DNA of 64,000 nt from the human T2T-CHM13v2.0 reference genome, Homo sapiens. The notes beneath the pieces are model-generated. The model was not told the origin of the DNA. It saw nothing but the letters and a program-made list of their open reading frames with translations, and ran no database searches. Shown here in pieces: positions 48,112-64,000 of the stretch; positions within the stretch are counted from its first letter, which is position 1, and every line of letters begins with the position of its first letter. Location of the stretch: NCBI RefSeq assembly GCF_009914755.1, contig NC_060944.1; one strand, given 5' to 3'. The translations under genes were made by a program, and so were the position numbers.

Positions 48112-49112
48112 TAGCCAGGCTTGTCTCCAACCTCTGACCTCAGGTGACCCACCTGCCTCAGCCTCCCAAAGTGCTGGGATGACAGGCGTGAGCCACCACG
48201 CCCGGCCTCTTGGCTCTTTTTAAATCATTCATTCCCAACTCCTTCATTTGCTTTTTGCAGTCCTATCTTCTGTTCTCAGCAAGGCTAGCTTTCTTTTTGA
48301 TGTTTCTGGAATGACCTTCTCTTCTGAGATGGTTATTTTTAAAATCCCTTCTTTCCTGAGCTCTGCCAGTGTCGTCTCCTCTGGCTGTCTCAGTGTCTTT
48401 TCTTTGAACTATTACATCTTTGCTTTGATCTCTTGTTTTAAAATTCATTAAGCCCTTTGACTTCTTTGTTGTTCATGATTATCATCTGTTTCATGTTAGC
48501 TTTTTTATTTTTCTTTTTTTGGTGATTGTCTTTCATCTGCCATTTGTTTTTCCTGTTCCCTGCCTCCCTCTCCTGCTTTTTTCAGTAATATATTTGTATA
48601 AGTCTTGTGTTATTTCTTTTTTACTATAACTCCCCTTTAGATGAAGTGAGTTCTTCTGGACAAGCTGCTTGTGGGATTGTGTGTGGAGAAAGGACTAGAG
48701 TAGAATTCCAGGCTGGCAGGAATTCTCTTGGCTTCATAGTGAAGCTTCTTCTGACAGGGTTTTTTGTGAGTATGTGAATTGGTTTAGCCCTCTCCTCTTC
48801 CGATCAGTTGGAGCTTGGCAGCTGTAGGGCTATAAAAATGGAACATCTGTGTGTTTCCCTGGTCACCCCACTCCCCTACTTCTCCTTGGTCCCAGTGGGA
48901 CCAGAGAGGCTCCCAGAGCCAGCCTGTCCATCACCATCCCAATGTTCTACTGAAGGTGTTGTGAGTTGTGCCCTCAAGGTGTAGCCCGCTTCTTTGGAGA
49001 AGTACGAGTTTTGCCAGCTCTCCCTAAGGCCTGCAGCCATAGCGTTCTCTATTGGCATTAACCTTCTGGATCTTCTCAGCACCCCTCATTGCCGCACAGG
49101 CTGATGTGATAG

Positions 49113-52482
<3,370 letters not shown>

Positions 52483-53769
52483 TGAATCGAACTCCATTTT
52501 ATACATTATGAAAATGAGGCCCCAAGTAGTTAAGTGACTTACCTAAGATCACATAGGAATAGGACCAGTGCTCTTTTTGGCATTCTACCCTGTAATAGTT
52601 ACAGTTATAAAATCAGGAACTGTAAGAGAAATGAAACTTTCTTAGTTTCTAGAACTGACTTAAATGTGTGACTCTGAATCCCCAGCCCACCTCCTTGCAG
52701 ATAATTGAATTTAGGATGTCTTCAGGTAAATTGAGATCCAATCCAGTAATTTTGAGTGGATATAATTTCAGGCTTATTGATTCATCTTGGGCCCATTCAT
52801 AGCTCTCCAAACTTCCTGCTTCTTCTTCCCCAAAGCTGATCTAATTCCTAGAGAAATTGTACAACCACAGCTGGCAAGAGGTGAGGTTGGCAGTAAACAT
52901 TTTTGGGGTCTCATCAGGTCGTACTGGCATCATCTGATGCCCCTTGTGAGCCTGGATACTTTCCTTGTCACTCTTGGATCCTCAGGCAGTTCAGAGGACT
53001 GACGGGACACCCTTCCTGCCTATAGCCATCTCCTACCATCTCTCTTGCTTTCTCCAGGCCCAGTTGTTTCTTTCAGAAGCCCCCTACACTTTTGAAGGGG
53101 ATCCTCTTATATTTCCTTCCTTAAGACTAGGTTTGCAGTGGGGGAGGCAAAAACTCCATACCTCATCTCTCTGTCTCTCTTTCTAAAACTTTCTCTTCTT
53201 TCTCTCTCTGAATTCTTTACATCTTTTCTCATGGTATGGGGGAAAAACCAGTTTTGTCCCTTCTCACCTCTGTGTGTGATTACTGTCCCACCCCAAGAGT
53301 GGCCTTTGTCTTTCTTCTCAGCTGTCCAGCCATCTTTGCTGAACTCAGTGTCCTTCTGTCTACCTATCAGTTGGAGGAGAGTTAACAGATATACCCCACG
53401 GGATAGGAATGGCAGAGCAGGTGATGCTTGAAATCACAGTTTTCTACTGAGGATCCTGGTGCAAGAGCAAATTGAGATACTCAATTGTCATCTTTAATAG
53501 AAAAAAGCACTTTAGAGCCTATATTTTTCTATATCTTTAGAAGGACTCCAGAGATTTGAGTTCTAGTCACCAAGTTCCATTCAATATTTGACACTTGATT
53601 TGGGTGAGGTCTTCTGTTTTGCTGAGTTTTTTTTTTATTGTCCTGATTTAACCAGACTTATGGGACAGTACTATGCACCCACGTTCCAGGGCCTCCAAGT
53701 TCTAAGTCTCAGAGTGGTCCCTGGGCTAAGGTGCTGGATGAACCTACTCCCAGCCTAGAAGCCTCCCGC

Positions 53770-54407
<638 letters not shown>

Positions 54408-54522
54408 TAGTAGGGATGGGGTTTCACCACATTGGCCAGGCTGGACCAGACCTTGCTTCTGTTAATTGGATGCTACAAATGGAGAGCAAGTGTACCTGAC
54501 ATTTAGCTACACTGCTTTCTTA

Positions 54523-55295
<773 letters not shown>

Positions 55296-55739
55296 TGGGG
55301 ACAGCTAGGGGGTCCTAGATCCTGTTTTGGTCAGCAGGGTTGTGCCATTCTCCTGTCTCACCAGGACTCTGGCAGCCATTTAGCTACTTTGAGCCCCAGT
55401 CTCCTATGTATGGAGTTGAGTAAAAGTTTGGGTGGTTGTGAGGATTAGCTGAGATAATGCCTGTGAGTATCCCATAAATGTTAGACTCCCACATTCCAAT
55501 CCCTGTGTCCCCTGCCTCCAGAATCTTTCATTGTGACCTTAGGAGATTCTGAGAATGATTTTTCTCAGAGCAGGGCTTCCAGTAGCTGATGGTATGGTAG
55601 GAGGAGTGGAGTGGAGCTCTTGCCTTGTTACTGAGGAAATCTATTTGTTTCTAGTATTACTGGATTTTTGGGGAAAAATTTGTAGTCCTCCCCTTGAAAG
55701 GCAAAGGGGCTAGTTGTGCCATTTGCCTGCACAGGAACC

Positions 55740-55790
55740 ATGAGGAGACATATGGTAACTTATGCCTGGCAGCTCCTGAAGAAGGAACTG
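55740..55790 (+). CDS. CNBD2: CNBD2 first coding exon (MRRHMVTYAWQLLKKEL)
   Basis: accATG, CTG|gtgagg donor; 51 nt; matches the recalled N-terminus of CNBD2/C20orf152. Confidence 0.88.
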
Positions 55791-56359
55791 GTGAGGAGGG
55801 GCAAGGGCCCTGGGAGGGAAGAGCAGAAGACTGAACAGACAGGTGTTTTGAGGAAGGTCGATGCAGGTGTAGGAGGGGTCTTGGATGAATGGTGGCCATC
55901 CTGTACCTTTTGGAGTCACAGCATGGCACAAAGGAGGGACCCCTGCCCTGTAGCCTACCAGCCCCCCACACTGGGCAAGCCATAAGCCACACTCAGAGCC
56001 ACTGAGTCCTGTTCTGTACCCACTCTTCCTGCTATTATGAGATCCAGAGAGAACGAGGGAGGATAGAGTCAGGGTAGCAACATTGAGTCATAGGTTAAGC
56101 TTGTGAACTCTGGAGCCAGACTACCTAGGTTTAAATCCCTATCACCTATTAGTCATGTGACCCCAGGCAAGTTGCTTGGTTTGCTGTGCCTTTATTTTCT
56201 CCTCTGTAAAGTGAGATGATAATACTAGTACCTACTGCATAAATTTACTGATTAAATGATTTACATATCAGAATAGTGCTTTGGATAATGCCTGACAATA
56301 GTAAATTGTACTCAGTAAGTATTAATTTTATTCATAAAGTACCTTTCCCCATATTTCCA

Positions 56360-57553
<1,194 letters not shown>

Positions 57554-57855
57554 TAGTGCAGATGGGATTTCACCATGTTGGCCAGACTAGTCTCAAACTC
57601 CTGGTCTCAAGTGATCAGCCCACCTTGGCCTCCCAAAGTGCTAGGATTGCAGGCATGAGCCATTGTGCCAGAGCTGTTTGTTTGTTTGTTTGTTTCATTT
57701 TGTTGTTGTTGTTACAGGGTCTTGCTCTGTTACCCAGGTTGGAGTGCAGTGGCACGATCATAGCTCATTGCAACCTTGAACTCCTGGGCTCAAGCAATCC
57801 TTCTGCCTCGGCCTCCCGAGTAGCTGGGACTACAGGCGAGTGCCACTGTGCCTAG

Positions 57856-58223
<368 letters not shown>

Positions 58224-58444
58224 TGGCTTTATGTATTTGTATATGTGTTTGCTGAATTGTTTGAAAGTAAGCTGCATACTTTATGACATATCTTTCTTAA
58301 AAATAATGACATTACCCACATAACCAAATACCACTATCATACTAAGAAAATCGGCACTGATTTCCTAATATTATCTAATGTACAGTCATATTCAATTTCC
58401 TTATTTGTCCCTAGAGTGCCTTTGCTCTGTCACCCAGGCTGTAG

Positions 58445-58762
<318 letters not shown>

Positions 58763-59605
58763 TGAATCTTTATTAATCTAGAGCAGCCCCCATGCCTTGT
58801 TTTTTTCATCATGAAATTGACTTTTTGAAGAAACTAGGTTCATTGATTTATAGATTCTTCTACATCCTGGATTTTTCCCTATCTTCTGTATTCACTTGTT
58901 CTCAGTCTAATTCCAAATTCCTGGGGAAAAGGTAGGGTGGCCCATCTTGGATTAGGTGTTATATAAGTTTTCTATGGCTGCCATAACAAATTACCACAAT
59001 TTGATGGCTTAAAACAAAGCAAATTTATTATATTACAGTACTGTAGGCAAGAAGTCTGACATGGATGTTCTTGTTCTAAAATCAAGGTGTGAGCATTCCT
59101 TTCTCAAGGCTCACGGCCTTTTCTGCTTCTAAAGGCCACCCACATTCCTTGGCTTGTGGGCCCTTCCTTCATCTTGACAGCCAGCAGTGTTGCATTCCTC
59201 TTACCATTATTCCCTCAGATCTATCTGATTCTAAAATCCAGGCTCTGTACATCATACCTATACTGCCTGCAATTAGTCGTGCCACTTATTTTGTGGATGG
59301 AATTGAAGGATTTGACATTTAGCTGGTTTGCTGGTGCATAACAACTAGCTTCTGGGGAGAGATGTCCTGACTAGTAGCTGCCAATTTCTATGGCATAAGT
59401 ACTCCTACCATGGCCAGTTTTAAGTTACCAACTTAATTTCAGCAGGCTTGCAAAATTCCTGAAAATGTAACCATCACTCCAGCACACTACAGCACACTAC
59501 TGCATTTAATCCTGGTAAATTTCACCTTGTTCAGCACCATCCAGCCTGCTGTTGACTGTTGAGAACAGATGGTTTCTATTGATCTTGTTTGCTTTGTTTC
59601 CATAG

Positions 59606-59854
<249 letters not shown>

Positions 59855-60384
59855 TGAGAGACCCAATGGTCACTTTTATTAATGGCCATACTTCTGTTGG
59901 AGAGGGTGACTTACATCATCAACCAAGAGGTTTACCTAATACTGAACCCCAGATTTAGACAGCCTTACATGCCTAGCCACAGGCAACGCTGGACCAAGGC
60001 AGGCTCCACTGCAACAGCAGGCCTGCTGCCAAAACTCATGGCAGGGAAAGGTGGAGCAAAATATGGGCTGAGAGGGAAGGAGACAATCATGCCTAGTTTT
60101 TCTCTTTCCAAATTCATCAAAGAGTTTAAGTCACTCCTCAATGTAAAAGGAGAGAGGCCAGTAGTGTTCTACTAATACACCTCCCTCCATGTGGAAAGAA
60201 ACCTTGGGAGTAGAGAGGTGGTCTCCATTTCAATGGTGATCAAAAGAGCCAGAAGCAATCCAGGAATCACAATAACCAGGGTTTTCTAAATGCCCACACG
60301 CTCTCTCTATTCGCGTCTCTACTTTCTTTCCTACACCCCTACTTCGGTGCAGGGGCATTTTCAGGGCTTTGTTCACTGCGGTGA

Positions 60385-60685
<301 letters not shown>

Positions 60686-61873
60686 TGGTGACCAGGTTTC
60701 TAGATTTCCTAGAAGGTCCCAATTTAAAATATTTTATCCCAGTGGTAGATCATGTGCCCTTCTTTAGCTCAGAAAAGTTGGTCACCCTTCTGCTAACTTG
60801 TTCTAGTTCCCCAGAGGTATCTTCATTGCTACTGGGTGTGTTGCTCAGGGCTTCAAAGTTTCCCCAGCAATCACCTGGACAAATCCTGCCCATTTTTCTG
60901 TTGTTTCAGGAATGACTAGAGCCAGTCCCCACTCCTCTGCATCTAGTGATTCACTCCAAGAAATTTCCCTAAAGGGCTTCTGACAGATAGTGGCCAAAGA
61001 AAGGGGGATACGGGGCTGGTGATGGGGGAAGGAAAGGCAGCCTTAAACTGGTTTCTGAGGGGCCAGCAGGTAATATAACTAGTGTGTATGTAGCTGAGTT
61101 TAAGATACAGCAGGCCAGCTGGAGAGGAAAGATACACCTCATCTAAAGACATTCAGATACAAATATTATATTTTAAGACCCTGTGCTGGCCAAACCAAAC
61201 AAGGCTGCAGCCCTGTGGTTGGGCTGAGATGAAAAACGAATGGAGTAGAAGAACTGTAACCAAAAGACTCAGGTTAGCTCTCAGGAAGGACCTCCTGACT
61301 CTCAGGGTGGCATGTAATGGTGATGCAATGGGCCCTGGAGATCAGAGGGCTTTGGTTACCAGAAGACGTGGCCTGATGCATGGGGCAGTTGGAAGCTAAG
61401 ATGCAGAGTCACTTGTTGTCAGGGGAATGTGAGGCTAAGCCTAACCACATTGGCCAGCCAGAGTGGCTTGAGCAGAGCAGAAGCCTCTCAAGGGCAGCCT
61501 ATAAGGGTCATAGGGTTGTCAGGCGGAGCACTGGGCGGCTGGAGTGCAGGATCAGGTGGGGAGCCCTAGACTGCTTCAGTAGATGTGTGAATCTGGATGT
61601 TTCTGAGCACTGCCTCTTTCCTTCAGTAGTCTCCCTGAGAAGCACCACATGGCTATGCAAAGGATAAACACGTTGTGGGGGCGAGACGGGTCTGAGTCTA
61701 AGGAACAAATGACATGTGGCTTGAGGCCACACTCCAGACACGGAATTGGGTTTGCTGAAAGCCTTGAGTTGGGGTCTCAGCTAGACCACTGACTTGCTGT
61801 GTGATCCTTGGGCAAGTTCCTTCACCATCTCAGTCCTACATGGAGCTTAATAAAACCTGCTTTGTCCTGATGA

Positions 61874-62589
<716 letters not shown>

Positions 62590-62925
62590 TTATTCTTCCT
62601 TTTCTTCCTCCTCTATGCTTGTTTGTTTGCTGCTTTTCCCCCTTCCTTTTCTCTCTCCTTTCCTGTTTCCTCCTTATCCTCCTTTCCTTCTCCCCACCCC
62701 CATATTTCTCTGCCTTCACAATAATATGCTGTAAATGCTGGACCCAAGCCTAGTGCTGAGTTGGGGCCTTCGAGCAGAGGCAGGCCTGAAAGGGCCGGCT
62801 GCTATGAGGTTTCCCATGGCTTCCTGCCCACCATGGTGGTCCAGGTAGACAGGAGGGCTCTAGATGCAAAGTTCTAGGGGCAGTCTTGCTGATTCTCCCT
62901 CTTCTCCCTGCCCTCTTTCTTTCAG

Positions 62926-62979
62926 AAAAAGATGCAAAGCCGAGTCACATTTGATACCATGGACTTCATTGCAGAGGAG
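62926..62979 (+). CDS. CNBD2: CNBD2 coding exon 3 (KKMQSRVTFDTMDFIAEE)
   Basis: Long pyrimidine tract and ttcag acceptor, GAG|gtatgc donor; 54 nt, phase 0-0; gene continues beyond the window. Confidence 0.9.
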
Positions 62980-64000
62980 GTATGCATAGCTCGAAACTTG
63001 CTGTGGGGGAATTTTCTTTCTGCACCCTGGCTTGGAAGAAACCCTGGCTGGGTATCAGCAGAGCTGGTTTCAGTCTAGGCTCTGCCACCAACTCAGCTTG
63101 TCACCCTGGGTTGGCCACTTCGTTTCCTCATCAATAAAATAGCTGATCTCAGTGATTCCTTCCAGCCCTGGAGCTCCAAGACTGTGAGCATGTAGGAACC
63201 AGCTGTCACTGCACAGTTGAGCAGAACCAATGGGAGAGAGTTCCTGGGCTTGGACCCGTGGGAAAACAGCAGGAAAAGATAAAGCAGAGGATGTGAGAGT
63301 CCCAGAGAGAGGAAGAATTCAGGTGGTGGGAAAGGGCTGACCTGTGTGAATTCTGGTTCTACCCTGAATTCTCTGAGAGATGCTGGGCACACCTCTCACA
63401 CCTGGGTGTCAGATACCCTTAAAGAGTCTTATTCAGGTGCAGCGCAGCTGTTGACACTCGGAAGGCTGAGGTGGGAGGATCACTTGAGGCCAGGAGTTCA
63501 AGACTGCAGTGAGCTATGGTCGTATCACTGCATTCCAGTCTGGGTGATAGAGCGAGGCCCCCTCTCTAAAAAAGAGTCCTCTCATTTTGATGAGAGAATG
63601 CTTTTATATCCATGGGAGCTTTGGACTGTGTGACTTGTTCCCTGAATTTCAATCTCATCATTGTTATCTTCTTGGCTTCTCTCCATGATATCCTGGATAT
63701 TAAATATTAAAATCCAATTTAAAATTTAAAAGAGTCTACCTATTTATAGGGAACATCTGAAATTCTCACCAATGCAGACCTGACTTGATCCTGGCTTGGA
63801 GTAGCCACGTTGTTGTTTTTTTCCTCAGTGGAAGGGGAAAGAAAAGAACTTTATAATGGGTATCAGGGCCACCTGTGCCCATCTCCTGCCCCACCCCTTT
63901 CTCTTCTTGGAGCCCAGGTATGGCTTCTGTTGCTTGCCTCTCCTGGGCACAGCCTTATTTTTCGTGCCCCCTCGTGTATGAAGCATACTCAGTTAAGTCA

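Overview
Human/primate genomic DNA, very Alu-rich, recognised from the encoded proteins as the PHF20-SCAND1-CNBD2 locus (human 20q11.23). The + strand carries the last eight coding exons of PHF20 (Lys-rich segment, PHD finger, C-terminus ending ...QIALCCST) and a ~2.7 kb 3'UTR. SCAND1 (SCAN-domain-only protein, 179 aa) lies on the - strand in a CpG island, convergent with PHF20. The first three coding exons of CNBD2 (C20orf152/CRIS) follow on the + strand. Most ORFs in the supplied track are Alu or low-complexity artefacts. I see no wholly new gene system. The most interesting observations are: (1) one CATG palindrome in the bidirectional CpG island supplies two divergent ATGs, each opening a frame that can splice in-frame into SCAND1 (242 aa form) or CNBD2; (2) an old U6/L1 chimeric retrocopy with a perfect 14-bp TSD; (3) a ~225-bp copy of unique intron sequence captured between (TA)n tracts inside a nested Tigger1; (4) mosaic young AluY elements suggesting gene conversion; (5) a THE1 LTR pointing at SCAND1; (6) an LTR with a tailless U2 fragment and three phased octamer motifs upstream of CNBD2. 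Repeat subfamily names come from recalled consensus sequences and repeat boundaries are approximate.
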